Origin: an uncultured Pontibacter sp.
Lineage (GTDB): Bacteria > Bacteroidota > Bacteroidia > Cytophagales > Hymenobacteraceae
NCBI RefSeq assembly: GCF_947495565.1
Contig: NZ_CANLZM010000012.1
Location: forward strand, 116,689-180,688
Length of the DNA stretch: 64,000 nt
Direction of reading: 5' to 3'
In this document: positions 1 to 10,680 of the stretch, piece after piece
Layout of the letters: the number at the start of each line of letters is the position of its first letter
How positions within the stretch are numbered: the first letter of the stretch is position 1
Program-made: the position numbers and the translations under genes
Notes under the pieces: model-generated
Told to the model about the DNA's origin: nothing
Databases searched by the model: none
Seen by the model: only the letters and a program-made list of their open reading frames with translations

Positions 1-1
1 T

Positions 2-313
2 GGTGTGCCGACATGGCTTGCCCCAATCATGATTCCGGTGGAATTGATTGGTATCCTGACAAAGCCATTCTCTCTAATGGTTCGACTTTTTGCCAACATT
101 ACGGCTGGTCACATTATCATTCTGTCGCTTTTCAGCTTGATCTTTATCTTTAAAAGCATAGCTGTAGGTCCCTTAAGTGTAGCGTTTGCTACCTTTATGA
201 ACTTCCTGGAGTTATTCGTGGCCCTGCTGCAGGCATATATCTTTACCCTTCTTTCTGCTATGTACTTTGGTGGCGCCGTTGAGGAGCACGACCATGCAGA
301 AGATCATCATTAA
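2..313 (+). CDS. atpB: F0F1 ATP synthase subunit a (3' part; gene starts before the window)
   Basis: RLFANITAGH and FVALLQAYIFTLL motifs; first gene of the atp cluster. Confidence 0.97.
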   Translation, partial: GVPTWLAPIMIPVELIGILTKPFSLMVRLFANITAGHIIILSLFSLIFIFKSIAVGPLSVAFATFMNFLELFVALLQAYIFTLLSAMYFGGAVEEHDHAEDHH

Positions 314-332
314 TAGAATTTTATTTTTTTAA

Positions 333-608
<276 letters not shown>

Positions 609-764
609 TTACTTTATATTAAAGTAACAAGCTAACATGCTTTTATTGATCTCACGTCTGGGCGTATGGCCCAGACGATGAGGTTAAAACATAGTTCAGA
701 TTATAGTTAGAGGCAGCCAACGTGGCTGCTTAAAAAGTATTTAATACTCAACCTTCATAAAAAA

Positions 765-1259
765 ATGGAATTAGTAACCCCTGGTTTTGGTCTACTTTTC
801 TGGCAGACGGTAACGTTCCTGATCGTTCTGTTCCTGCTTGGTAAGTTTGCGTGGAAGCCGATCATGAGTGCGTTAAGCGAGCGTGAGGCCTCTATCGAGA
901 ATGCGCTGAGCGCAGCTGAGAAAGCTAAGCTGGAGATGCAGGCGCTGAAAGCCGATAACGAAAAATTGTTGGCTGAGGCCCGTATGGAGCGTGATAAAAT
1001 ACTGACAGAGGCTACAGAAGCCGCTAACAGCATTGTAGAAAGCTCAAAGCAGAAAGCCAACGAAGAAGGTGCCCGCATGATTGCAGGTGCGCGTGAGGCT
1101 ATCGAAAATGAGAAGCGTGCTGCTATCACTGAGGTGAAGAACATGGCTGCTAGCTTATCACTTGAGATTGCAGAGCAGATCCTGAGAAAAGAGCTGAGCG
1201 ACAAAACTGCACAGCAGACACTGGCGCAGGATTACATCCGCGAAGTAACGCTTAACTAA
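765..1259 (+). CDS. atpF: ATP synthase subunit b
   Basis: N-terminal TM helix (FAWKPI) followed by coiled coil; operon position. Confidence 0.97.
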   Translation: MELVTPGFGLLFWQTVTFLIVLFLLGKFAWKPIMSALSEREASIENALSAAEKAKLEMQALKADNEKLLAEARMERDKILTEATEAANSIVESSKQKANEEGARMIAGAREAIENEKRAAITEVKNMAASLSLEIAEQILRKELSDKTAQQTLAQDYIREVTLN

Positions 1260-1312
1260 CAAAGTATAAACGCGGACTGCCTGGCAGAACCGCTGCATTA
1301 TAAATAAGCACT

Positions 1313-1870
1313 ATGTCAGATATTAGAGTTGCTTCCAGATACGCGAAGTCGCTGATTGAGCTGGCTGAGGAAAAAAATGTACTGGAACAGGTTAATGCAG
1401 ATATGCAGCTGTTCTCGCAGGTAGTTTCCCAGAACCGTGATTTTGAGCTGCTGCTGAAAAACCCGATTGTGAAGTCAGATAAGAAGCTAGCGATCATTAA
1501 CGCAATATTCAAAGGTAAAGTACAGGAGCTAACAATTACTTTCTTTAACCTGGTTGCACGTAAAAACCGTGAATCAATTCTTGAGGCGGTAGCTACTTCT
1601 TTTCAGGATCAGTTTAGAGAGATACAGGGGATACAAACTGCAGAAGTGGTTTCTGCTTATCCGCTTACTCCTGGCCTGCGTGATGAACTAGGCCAGAAAC
1701 TGGTAGCTCAGACTGGCAAACGAATAGAACTGATAGAGCGTGTTGACCCATCCCTTATCGGTGGATTTGTATTGCGAGTAGGAGATAAACAAATCGACAG
1801 CTCTGTAAGGAATAGCCTTCGCAAGCTGAGAAATCAATTTAAAGACAACCCATACATTAATAAACTATAA
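1313..1870 (+). CDS. atpH: ATP synthase subunit delta
   Basis: RYAKSL and [14 protein letters not shown] motifs. Confidence 0.97.
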   Translation: MSDIRVASRYAKSLIELAEEKNVLEQVNADMQLFSQVVSQNRDFELLLKNPIVKSDKKLAIINAIFKGKVQELTITFFNLVARKNRESILEAVATSFQDQFREIQGIQTAEVVSAYPLTPGLRDELGQKLVAQTGKRIELIERVDPSLIGGFVLRVGDKQIDSSVRNSLRKLRNQFKDNPYINKL

Positions 1871-1872
1871 TC

Positions 1873-3453
1873 ATGGCAGAAGTAAGACCTGACGAAGTAT
1901 CAGCCATATTAAGAGAACAGCTATCTAACTTCCGTACCGAAGCGGAACTGGAAGAAGTAGGTACTGTACTGCAAGTGGGTGACGGTGTCGCTCGTATCTA
2001 TGGCCTATCTAAGGCTCAGTCTGGTGAGCTTCTTGAGTTTGAGAACGGTCTGCAGGCACTTGTTCTTAACCTGGAAGAAGACAACGTAGGTGCCGTATTG
2101 CTCGGCGACTACAGCGAGATCAAAGAGGGCGCCACTGTAAAAAGAACTAACCGTATTGCCTCTATTAAAGTAGGCGACGGTATTATCGGCCGTGTAGTAA
2201 ACACACTGGGCCAGCCAATTGATGGCAAAGGTCCTATTGCTGGCGAGATGTACGAAATGCCACTGGAGCGTAAAGCGCCAGGTGTAATTTTCCGTCAGCC
2301 GGTAAACGAGCCAATGCAAACTGGTATCAAGGCAATCGACTCAATGATTCCGATTGGCCGTGGCCAGCGTGAGTTGATCATCGGTGACCGCCAGACTGGT
2401 AAGACAGCTGTGGCGATCGATACTATCCTGAACCAGCGCGAGTTTTACGAAAGAGGCGAGCCTGTTTTCTGTATCTACGTAGCTGTTGGCCAGAAGGCCT
2501 CTACAGTAGCGCAGGTAGTGAAAGCCCTTCAAGAGGGTGGTGCCATGGATTATACTGTAGTTGTATCTGCTTCTGCCGCTGACCCTGCTCCAATGCAGTT
2601 CTTCGCGCCATTTACAGGTGCTGCAATCGGTGAATTCTTCCGTGATACTGGCCGTCCTGCCTTGGTAGTTTATGACGACCTTTCTAAGCAGGCTGTGGCT
2701 TACCGTGAGGTATCTCTGCTGCTGCGTCGTCCACCAGGACGTGAGGCTTACCCAGGTGACGTATTCTACCTGCACTCTCGTTTATTGGAGCGTGCTGCTA
2801 AGGTTAACTCTTCTGACGAGATTGCTCGTAACATGAACGACCTTCCAGAGTCAATCAAGCATTTAGTAAAAGGTGGTGGCTCGTTAACAGCTCTTCCAAT
2901 CATCGAGACGCAGGCTGGTGACGTTTCTGCTTACATCCCAACAAACGTAATTTCGATTACTGACGGTCAGATCTTCCTGGAGACAAACCTGTTTAACTCA
3001 GGTATCCGTCCGGCTATTAACGTAGGTATCTCGGTATCTCGCGTGGGTGGCTCGGCTCAGATCAAGTCGATGAAGAAAGTAGCGGGTACACTGAAGCTTG
3101 ACCAGGCGCAGTTCCGTGAACTGGAGGCTTTTGCTAAATTCGGTTCTGACTTGGATGCTGCAACCAAGCTTACAATTGAGCGTGGCCGTCGTAACCTGGA
3201 GATCCTGAAGCAAGCGCAGTACTCACCAGTTCCGGTAGAAGAGCAGGTGGCTACTATCTACGCTGCTACAAATGGTCTGCTGGATAGCGTTCCGGTTTCA
3301 GAAGTAAGAAACTTCGAAAAAGATTTCCTTCGTACACTTCGTGCACAGCACTCAAATGCACTGGATGCCTTAAGAGCCGGCAAGCTGGATGACGAAACTA
3401 CTGCCGCTATTAAGCAGGTAGCGAAAGAAACTTCTGCCAAGTACAACAAATAG
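1873..3453 (+). CDS. atpA: ATP synthase subunit alpha
   Basis: Walker A GDRQTGKT; [21 protein letters not shown]. Confidence 0.99.
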   Translation: MAEVRPDEVSAILREQLSNFRTEAELEEVGTVLQVGDGVARIYGLSKAQSGELLEFENGLQALVLNLEEDNVGAVLLGDYSEIKEGATVKRTNRIASIKVGDGIIGRVVNTLGQPIDGKGPIAGEMYEMPLERKAPGVIFRQPVNEPMQTGIKAIDSMIPIGRGQRELIIGDRQTGKTAVAIDTILNQREFYERGEPVFCIYVAVGQKASTVAQVVKALQEGGAMDYTVVVSASAADPAPMQFFAPFTGAAIGEFFRDTGRPALVVYDDLSKQAVAYREVSLLLRRPPGREAYPGDVFYLHSRLLERAAKVNSSDEIARNMNDLPESIKHLVKGGGSLTALPIIETQAGDVSAYIPTNVISITDGQIFLETNLFNSGIRPAINVGISVSRVGGSAQIKSMKKVAGTLKLDQAQFRELEAFAKFGSDLDAATKLTIERGRRNLEILKQAQYSPVPVEEQVATIYAATNGLLDSVPVSEVRNFEKDFLRTLRAQHSNALDALRAGKLDDETTAAIKQVAKETSAKYNK

Positions 3454-3526
3454 ACTTTAAGTAAGAAGGCTGAAGGTTAAGAGGTAACAGCTTTTAACCT
3501 TCGGCTTTTGCACATAGCAACAACAT

Positions 3527-4420
3527 ATGGCAAGTTTAAAAGAGGTTAGAGGCCGCATTACATCGATTTCATCGACGCAGCAAATCACCAAAGCCATGAA
3601 AATGGTGTCGGCGGCTAAGTTACGTCGTGCACAGGACAACATACTCCGTATGCGCCCTTATGCACAGCGCCTGAGCGGCATTCTGACGAACCTGTCTTCC
3701 ATGGCTGAAGGAAATATAACAAATCCTTATGCTGAGAAACGTGATGCCGTAAACAACGTGCTGATTATTGCTGTGACCTCTGACCGTGGTCTGGCGGGAG
3801 CCTTTAACTCAAACATAGTAAAAGGCGTTACGGCACTGGTAAACGGCAAGTATAAAAGTCAGTTTGAAGCTGGTAATGTGACTATTCTGGCTATTGGCCG
3901 TAAAGGACTGGATGCGTTCCGCAAGAGAGGGTACAACGTAATCGGTGATTACAGCAACGTCTTCTCTAACCTGTCTTTTGATACAGTTCGCGCATCTGCT
4001 GAGCGTGCGATGAGCGGTTTCGTAACGGGTGAGTTTGATCAGGTTGATCTTGTATACAACGAGTTTAAAAACGTAGCTACCCAAATTGTGCGCCAGGAGC
4101 AGTTCCTTCCAATCGAGGAGAAGCCAGCAGACCAGGTGGACGCTGAGGCAATGCTGACTGATTATACTTTTGAGCCTTCAAAAGAGCAGATTGTAGAGGA
4201 GCTGATCCCTAAGTCACTGAAGATTCAGGTATATAAGGCGGTGCTGGAGTCAAACGCATCTGAGCATGGCGCTCGTATGACAGCCATGGACAAAGCAACA
4301 GAAAATGCCGGCGAGCTTCTGAAGCAGTTGAAGCTGACCTATAACAGGACAAGGCAAGCAGCCATCACGAAAGAAATTCTTGAAATTGTTGGTGGTGCAG
4401 AGGCCTTAGCTTCAAAATAA
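3527..4420 (+). CDS. atpG: ATP synthase subunit gamma
   Basis: ITKAMKMVSAAKL, SEHGARMTAM and RQAAITKEILEI motifs. Confidence 0.99.
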   Translation: MASLKEVRGRITSISSTQQITKAMKMVSAAKLRRAQDNILRMRPYAQRLSGILTNLSSMAEGNITNPYAEKRDAVNNVLIIAVTSDRGLAGAFNSNIVKGVTALVNGKYKSQFEAGNVTILAIGRKGLDAFRKRGYNVIGDYSNVFSNLSFDTVRASAERAMSGFVTGEFDQVDLVYNEFKNVATQIVRQEQFLPIEEKPADQVDAEAMLTDYTFEPSKEQIVEELIPKSLKIQVYKAVLESNASEHGARMTAMDKATENAGELLKQLKLTYNRTRQAAITKEILEIVGGAEALASK

Positions 4421-4441
4421 ACAAAAGCAAAAAAGTTTAGG

Positions 4442-4480
4442 AGCAGCGCCCACCGATACAAGTGGGCGCTGCTTATTTTT
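4442..4480 (+). terminator. Intrinsic terminator ending the atp operon
   Basis: 12-bp stem AGCAGCGCCCAC/GTGGGCGCTGCT followed by TATTTTT. Confidence 0.8.
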
Positions 4481-4562
4481 ATAGGGGCTGCGTTAGCATA
4501 TTATCAAATTATAAAGTTAAAGTTGCGACGCAGAACGCAAAGAATAAGTTAGCACTACTTGT

Positions 4563-4570
4563 TATATTTG
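4563..4570 (+). promoter_or_regulatory. Bacteroidota sigma-A -7 element
   Basis: TATATTTG matches TAnnTTTG and lies 21 nt before ATG 4592. Confidence 0.6.
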
Positions 4571-4591
4571 CAGAAACCTATCTATAGCAGG

Positions 4592-6307
4592 ATGAAATAC
4601 AAAGAGTTATTGAAGCAAGTAAGTTGGGTAAAAGCCACAATAGCAGGTGTGCTACTGTTAAGTGCTTGCGCCACAACTACGCCCAATACAACTGTAAAAT
4701 CCGCAGGAAGTGAAACTGCAAATAACGCTGGAACTACAACGCTGGAGCGGCCAAAGCTTATAGTTGGCATTGTGGTAGACCAAATGCGTTACGATTACCT
4801 TTACCGCTACTGGAACAAGTATGGCAGCGATGGCTTCAAAAAAATGCTCTCGCAAGGCTTTAACTTTAAAAACACGCAGTATAGTTACGTGCCAACTTAT
4901 ACCGGGCCAGGCCATGCTTCGATTTATACAGGCAGCGTACCAGCACTGAATGGCATAGTTGGCAACAACTGGTATGAGCGGGATAAGAAAAAGGTAGTTT
5001 ATTGCGTAGAAGATGAAACCGTACAAACGGTCGGTAGCAGTTCTGATGCAGGAATGATGTCACCGGCCAACCTGAAAACAACTACAATTACAGATGAGCT
5101 CCGGCTGGCCACTAACAAACAAGCCAAAGTAGTAGGCATCGCTCTAAAAGACAGAGGATCTATACTTCCGGCTGGCCATATGGCAAACGGAGCTTATTGG
5201 TTTGATTCTAAGAGCGGAAACTGGATAACAAGTACGTTTTACCAGCAGCAATTGCCACAGTGGGTGCAGGAGTTCAACAGCCAAAAGCTGGCAGACCAGT
5301 ACCTTAACCAACCATGGGAAACACTGCTGCCGATTGAAGAGTATACGGAAAGCACCGCTGATGATATGCCCTGGGAAAGAGCGCTTAATGGTGCTGAAAA
5401 ACCAGTATTTCCGTATGATGTTCCCGCTATTAGAGGTGAGGGTTACGAACTGATCCGCTCTATACCTGCAGGCAACACTATCACCAAAGATTTTGCGTTG
5501 GCAGCACTTAAAGGGGAAGGATTAGGTAAGGATGATGTGACAGATTTTCTAGCTGTAAGCTTTTCAACACCGGATTATGTTGGGCATTCGTTTGGTCCAA
5601 ACTCCATAGAGGCACAGGATGCTTTTCTGAGGCTGGACCGGGAGCTGGCAGAGCTGATCAGCACAATTGAAAAGGAAGTAGGAGCAGGTGAAGTACTGTT
5701 TTTCCTGACCGCCGATCATGGCGCCGCACACGTTCCGGCGTTTATGCAGGAGATGAAAATACCTGCCGGTTTGGCTACCTCTAGTGTGATGCGAGATTCA
5801 GTGGATGCCTTTCTGGATAAGACGTATGGCAAAGCTGAATGGGTGGAGCGATATATGAATCAACAGATATACCTGAACCAGGATATTATCTATAAGAAAA
5901 AGTTAAACATTGCCGATGTGCAGCAGCTTGTGGCTAGCTATGTATTGCGCTTTGACGGTGTGATGCGTGCAGTGCCAGCGGCTACATTGATTAGCAGCAA
6001 CTGGGGAACCGGCATGATGGCCCGCGTAGAAAGCGGCTACAACGGCAAACGGTCTGGCGATGTGATAGTATTGCTGGAGCCAGGCTGGTTTGAAGGGTAT
6101 GGCAAAGAGCCGAAAGGCACCACGCATGGCTCCTTCTCTAACTACGATACCCACGTGCCGCTGCTGTGGTACGGCTGGAATGTAAAGCCGGGAGAAAGCG
6201 AGGCAGAAGTGGCTGTATCTGACATAGCAGCTACACTGGCAGCTTGGCTGTACATACAGGAGCCGAACGGAAGCATCGGCAAGCCTTTACAAGTATACAT
6301 GAAATAA
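4592..6307 (+). CDS. pafA: Alkaline phosphatase, PafA/PhoK family lipoprotein
   Basis: GIVVDQMRYDYL, YVPTYTGPGHASIYTG (Thr nucleophile), DYVGH, LTADHG; lipobox LSAC. Start moved from TTG 4559 to ATG 4592 because the promoter overlaps the TTG. Confidence 0.88.
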   Translation: MKYKELLKQVSWVKATIAGVLLLSACATTTPNTTVKSAGSETANNAGTTTLERPKLIVGIVVDQMRYDYLYRYWNKYGSDGFKKMLSQGFNFKNTQYSYVPTYTGPGHASIYTGSVPALNGIVGNNWYERDKKKVVYCVEDETVQTVGSSSDAGMMSPANLKTTTITDELRLATNKQAKVVGIALKDRGSILPAGHMANGAYWFDSKSGNWITSTFYQQQLPQWVQEFNSQKLADQYLNQPWETLLPIEEYTESTADDMPWERALNGAEKPVFPYDVPAIRGEGYELIRSIPAGNTITKDFALAALKGEGLGKDDVTDFLAVSFSTPDYVGHSFGPNSIEAQDAFLRLDRELAELISTIEKEVGAGEVLFFLTADHGAAHVPAFMQEMKIPAGLATSSVMRDSVDAFLDKTYGKAEWVERYMNQQIYLNQDIIYKKKLNIADVQQLVASYVLRFDGVMRAVPAATLISSNWGTGMMARVESGYNGKRSGDVIVLLEPGWFEGYGKEPKGTTHGSFSNYDTHVPLLWYGWNVKPGESEAEVAVSDIAATLAAWLYIQEPNGSIGKPLQVYMK

Positions 6308-6331
6308 AACCATAGCGCCTGAAGAAGAGCA

Positions 6332-6940
6332 ATGATTGACGGCGCGTTTAAAAGAATGATGAATATGGAGAATTTGGAGGACAAGAACAATCCATGGCAT
6401 AGCGTGAGCTACGGCGATGCGTCACCAGAAGTAGTAACAGCTATCATTGAGATTCCGAAGGGATCGAAGGCAAAGTATGAGTTGGACAAGGATAGCGGCA
6501 TGCTGAAGCTGGACCGCGTACTTTTCTCATCGGTTAACTACCCTGCCAACTATGGCTTTATCCCACAGACTTACTGCGACGACAAAGACCCGCTTGATAT
6601 ACTGGTAATCTGCTCGATAGACGTACAGCCGATGTGCCTGATCGATGCAAAGGTGATCGGTGTGATGCAGATGATCGACAACAACGAGGAGGATGATAAA
6701 ATCATCGCTGTGGCTTATAACGACATGTCGGTGCGCCACATCAATGATATTTCGGAGCTGCCGCCGCATACGCTGCTGGAGATGCGCCGCTTCTTCGAAG
6801 ACTACAAGAAACTGGAGCACAAAGAAGTAATTGTGGAGCAGTTCCTTGGTCGTGAGCATGCGTACAAGATCATCCAGGACAGCATAGAGCTTTACAACAC
6901 CACTTTTGGTGAGCCAACTAAAAAAGAGCAAACGCTCTAA
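6332..6940 (+). CDS. ppa: Family I inorganic pyrophosphatase (true start probably one of the downstream ATGs)
   Basis: [28 protein letters not shown] (DxDPxD) motifs. Confidence 0.96.
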   Translation: MIDGAFKRMMNMENLEDKNNPWHSVSYGDASPEVVTAIIEIPKGSKAKYELDKDSGMLKLDRVLFSSVNYPANYGFIPQTYCDDKDPLDILVICSIDVQPMCLIDAKVIGVMQMIDNNEEDDKIIAVAYNDMSVRHINDISELPPHTLLEMRRFFEDYKKLEHKEVIVEQFLGREHAYKIIQDSIELYNTTFGEPTKKEQTL

Positions 6941-6960
6941 TTACATTACTTTTCCTGTAA

Positions 6961-6996
6961 AGCCTGGCATAGGAGTATCCTGTGCCGGGCTTTTTT
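6961..6996 (+). terminator. Intrinsic terminator after ppa
   Basis: AGCCTGGCATAGGA/TCCTGTGCCGGGCT stem plus T-run. Confidence 0.8.
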
Positions 6997-7104
6997 CTTT
7001 TATAGAAACCCAAACCTGTGCCTGCCTAAAACAAAACCAATTAACAAAGGCCAACACAGAGGTGGTTTGATTTGAGATGAATTTGTTGCGTACTTGCATA
7101 TAAG

Positions 7105-8007
7105 ATGGGGGTAAACACACATACTGGCCAAAGCATACTACCACCAGTTTTAAACAAGCTGCTGGAAGGGCTGCTGTATAGCCATTTTTTTATCTCCATC
7201 TGCGGCTTTTCGCTTACTATAGAAACCTTCCTGCTGGCGCGTTTGCCCATATCTTGGGGAATGGCTATTTTCATTTTTTTTGCCACACTGTTTACTTACA
7301 ACCTAAGCAGCATACAAAGCGTGCTGCGCAGGCCGCACCAGAGTATAAATCGCAAAGACCCTGTCTGGAACCAGCGGTACAAAATAGAACTAGCCGTATT
7401 GGGGCTGCTAAGTATAGGTGTGGCAAGTATAGTTTACTTTTGGCTCAGGCTACAAATAAACGTTTGGTTTCTGCTGCATCTGGCTGTTATCTCGGTAGGG
7501 TATACGGTGCCTGTGCTGTACAAGAATAAGCGGGTAAAGCCTCTCCGCAGCGTGCCGTTGCTCAAGGTGTTTCTGGTAGCTTATGTTTGGGCTATGGTAA
7601 CGGCGGTTCTTCCATTACTAGACGCAGGTGCAGAAGTATGGCAGCCGGAGGCACTATGGCTTTTCCTGCGCCGCTTCCTGTTTATTTTTGCCCTGGCCCT
7701 GCTTTTCGACATACGGGACTACAGCTATGACCGAGGTACGAACACCCTTACTTTTCCCGGCTGGATAGGCGTGCGTAACACAAAGCTACTTTCAATGGGG
7801 CTGCTGCTGCTTTATATGCTGGTGCTGTTGGGCAGCGGTGAGAGCGGCGGTATACTTTGGGTCCTAATGGCAAGCGCTGTAGGAGCGGCTGTTATAGTAT
7901 GGCGTTCTTCAGCCAAACGCCCGCGCCTATACTTTGCTGTTCTAGCCGACGGAGCCATGCTGCTGCACGCAGGTATGGTGATGCTGGCTACTGCAGTGGC
8001 TGGCTGA
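7105..8007 (+). CDS. UbiA prenyltransferase-like membrane protein
   Basis: Multiple TM helices; PLRSVPLLKVFLVA and LLFDIRDYSYD aspartate motif. Confidence 0.7.
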   Translation: MGVNTHTGQSILPPVLNKLLEGLLYSHFFISICGFSLTIETFLLARLPISWGMAIFIFFATLFTYNLSSIQSVLRRPHQSINRKDPVWNQRYKIELAVLGLLSIGVASIVYFWLRLQINVWFLLHLAVISVGYTVPVLYKNKRVKPLRSVPLLKVFLVAYVWAMVTAVLPLLDAGAEVWQPEALWLFLRRFLFIFALALLFDIRDYSYDRGTNTLTFPGWIGVRNTKLLSMGLLLLYMLVLLGSGESGGILWVLMASAVGAAVIVWRSSAKRPRLYFAVLADGAMLLHAGMVMLATAVAG

Positions 8008-9505
8008 GGTGCAGGAAAGCCTTCGGGAGGTAGTCTATCACATCGGATGCCGTCATGGCGATAGCGCCAACAGATTGCAAAGCCAGATCGGCGGCCAGCC
8101 CATGCACGTATACCCCTAAGCGGCAAGACTCCTCCAACGAGTACTGCTGCCCCACTAGCGCGGTAATGATACCTGTCAGCACATCGCCGGTGCCGCCTGT
8201 AGCGAGGCCTGCATTCCCGGTGGTGTTAAAATATACTTTGCCCTCCGGGGTACCGATGGCGGTGTGGCTGCCCTTCAGCGCTACGTAGCAGCCATACTCC
8301 ACACAGAACTCCCTCAGGTGCTGCAGGCGGTCATAATCATTCTTTACTTTACCCACCAGCCGCTCAAACTCCTTAGGGTGCGGCGTAAAAATAAGCTGCT
8401 TCTGAAACAACTGTGCTTTCAGCTTCTCGCTTGCGGCTATGAGGTTGATAGCGTCCGCATCAATTACAATAGGCTGTGATGTGGTAGCCAGCAGTTGCCC
8501 TATGGCGGTTTTGGAAGTACGCTCTGTGCCTATTCCTGGGCCTACTCCGATTACATCAAATTTATTTATATCGTGAGGCAGCTCCGAAAGGTGTTTTCGG
8601 TTTCTGTCGGTAAGCGCCATTGCTTCGGGCACAGCAGTTTGAAGTATGAGGTAGCCAGCCTGTGGCACTTGCACCGTCAGGAGACCGACGCCGCTGCGCA
8701 GGCAGGCACGAGCAGCCAGTACGGCGGCACCCATTTTTCCATAACCGCCGCAGAGCAGCAATGCATGGCCGTAAAGCCCTTTATGCGAAAACTTTTTGCG
8801 AGGTTTTATCAGCTGTTGCACATCATCCTGCTTCGTGCAGTATAAATCAACCTCCACCTCCGATATAAACTTTTGGCTCAAGCCAATCGGCACCACGTGC
8901 CAGTCACCTACATACTGCTCATGCTGCGGCAGCAGAAAAGCGAGTTTCGGAAGCTCAAAGCTGATGGTATGATCTGCTTTGATAATGGCCCCTTCGTCGG
9001 GTGTTTGGCTGTCGGAGTAAAGGCCTGAGGGAATATCTATAGCGGTTATAGTCCCTCCGCAGCTGTTCAGTTGCTGTATTACCATTGCATACAAGCCCGT
9101 GACGGGGCGGTTGAGGCCGGTGCCGAAAAGTGCATCAATTATGCAGGCCTTGCTGTGCAAGACAGGTATAGCCTCTTCCTGCTCCACATGAGTTGGCTGG
9201 AGCTCCTGCGGCAGGCGCATCAGGTTCAGCTTAAAATCGCCGGAGGCTTTAGAAATATTGCCCACCAGGTAGGGCTGTACTTTATACTTACGCTCGTGGA
9301 GCAGCCGCGCCACTGCCAACCCATCGCCTCCGTTGTTACCAGGCCCACAGAAGATATGCACCTCTTGGCTGGGCTGAAACTTGTTCTCAAACCAACCGGT
9401 AAAAGCCTTTGCTGCGCGCTCCATCAAGTCAGGGGAGGAAATGCCTTCTTCCTGGATAGTGTAAGCATCGGCTTCGCGTGTTTGTGCGGCAGTAAGTATT
9501 TTCAT
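7988..9505 (-). CDS. nnr: Bifunctional NAD(P)H-hydrate epimerase/dehydratase
   Basis: GPGNNGGDG (YjeF_N); HKGLYGH, DADA, TPHPKEF, GGTGDVLTG. Confidence 0.96.
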   Translation of the reverse strand: MKILTAAQTREADAYTIQEEGISSPDLMERAAKAFTGWFENKFQPSQEVHIFCGPGNNGGDGLAVARLLHERKYKVQPYLVGNISKASGDFKLNLMRLPQELQPTHVEQEEAIPVLHSKACIIDALFGTGLNRPVTGLYAMVIQQLNSCGGTITAIDIPSGLYSDSQTPDEGAIIKADHTISFELPKLAFLLPQHEQYVGDWHVVPIGLSQKFISEVEVDLYCTKQDDVQQLIKPRKKFSHKGLYGHALLLCGGYGKMGAAVLAARACLRSGVGLLTVQVPQAGYLILQTAVPEAMALTDRNRKHLSELPHDINKFDVIGVGPGIGTERTSKTAIGQLLATTSQPIVIDADAINLIAASEKLKAQLFQKQLIFTPHPKEFERLVGKVKNDYDRLQHLREFCVEYGCYVALKGSHTAIGTPEGKVYFNTTGNAGLATGGTGDVLTGIITALVGQQYSLEESCRLGVYVHGLAADLALQSVGAIAMTASDVIDYLPKAFLHLSQPLQ

Positions 9506-9725
9506 GTGGAGCAGGTATAGTAGGTTTGCCTAAATATACTGTGTTCCGGAGGTTCGGTTACAGACCTGTGTCAGGAGCGGGCGCCGCAAATGCCTGGTAG
9601 TGCAGACATGGTATGCTTTGATTTCCACTCCAGAAAAAATGTAGCAGAAACAGGGGCAGCTGTGGCACAAAAAATGCTAAAACACAGTTTATTAGCTACT
9701 GCTTAACCTTAAACCTAATATTTAT

Positions 9726-10616
9726 TTGAAATTGAAGAACCAACTAACAGCTTTTCTGCTGGGCCTGCTGGTACTGGCAAACCCTGTACTGGCGCAAGCG
9801 CAGCAGCAACCGGATATAATTGCCGGTGAGGTTACACCCGCTCCTGTTTCCGTAGATAGCCTTGGTGGGGCAAGCGTTAACTTATTGGATAAATCTGTTA
9901 TCACAGCAGAAGGCGATACAATCTATCCGGGGCAAAAGAACCCCTTTACTGAGGCGCAGCTGCGTGAAGGGGAAAACAAACGCTACCTGAAGCGTGCTGT
10001 AATACCAGCCGCCGCCCTAATTGGCATGGGAGTGTATACGATACAAGGCAACGGCCTTTTCAGCAGCTTTGATGCCCGCGACGCCCGCGACAGGCATGCT
10101 CCGGAGTTCAGCACGAAAGTAGACGATTACCTGTTCTTTCTGCCGGTGGCCTATCTGTACGGTTTCAACGCGTTTTCATCACAAAACCGCCACGAGATAG
10201 GCCGCCAAACAGGCCTGCTCTTAGCCTCAGGCGCACTTACCTCAGCGCTAGTGTGGCCCACCAAAAAACTGACTAACGTAGACCGGCCAAATACAGACCG
10301 GCATGCTTTTCCATCGGGGCACACAGCCTATGCCTTTACCATTGCTACTTTAGTAGATAAGGAGTTTCGGCACAAGAGCCCCTGGGTAAGCGTAGGCAGC
10401 TATGCTATTGCCAGCGCAACCGGAGCGATGCGGGTGCTAAACAATGAGCACTGGATGGCTGATGTGCTGGCTGGTGCGGGCGTGGGTATACTTTCTGTGA
10501 ACACTGTTTACTGGCTGCACGATAAATTTGCCAAGGATAAGGGCTTAAACACCATGGTGGTGCCTACGCTGCTTCCTAATGGAAGTCCGGGAGTTGGCCT
10601 TAGTGTAACGTTTTAA
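9726..10616 (+). CDS. PAP2 family phosphatase, exported/membrane
   Basis: K..T...RP, FPSGHT and R....HW..DV motifs; signal peptide. Confidence 0.88.
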   Translation: MKLKNQLTAFLLGLLVLANPVLAQAQQQPDIIAGEVTPAPVSVDSLGGASVNLLDKSVITAEGDTIYPGQKNPFTEAQLREGENKRYLKRAVIPAAALIGMGVYTIQGNGLFSSFDARDARDRHAPEFSTKVDDYLFFLPVAYLYGFNAFSSQNRHEIGRQTGLLLASGALTSALVWPTKKLTNVDRPNTDRHAFPSGHTAYAFTIATLVDKEFRHKSPWVSVGSYAIASATGAMRVLNNEHWMADVLAGAGVGILSVNTVYWLHDKFAKDKGLNTMVVPTLLPNGSPGVGLSVTF

Positions 10617-10680
10617 ACTATACTTTAAGAAGATTAAAAGGCGCTGCGGGAGTAGCGCCTTTTATTTTTATATTTACAGG

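Noticed and set aside
3527-4480. atp operon ends after atpG with no atpD/atpC
   Set aside because: The split atpBEFHAG / atpDC arrangement is the known norm in Bacteroidota.
7988-8007. 20-bp convergent overlap of the UbiA-like gene and nnr
   Set aside because: Short tail-to-tail overlaps are common.
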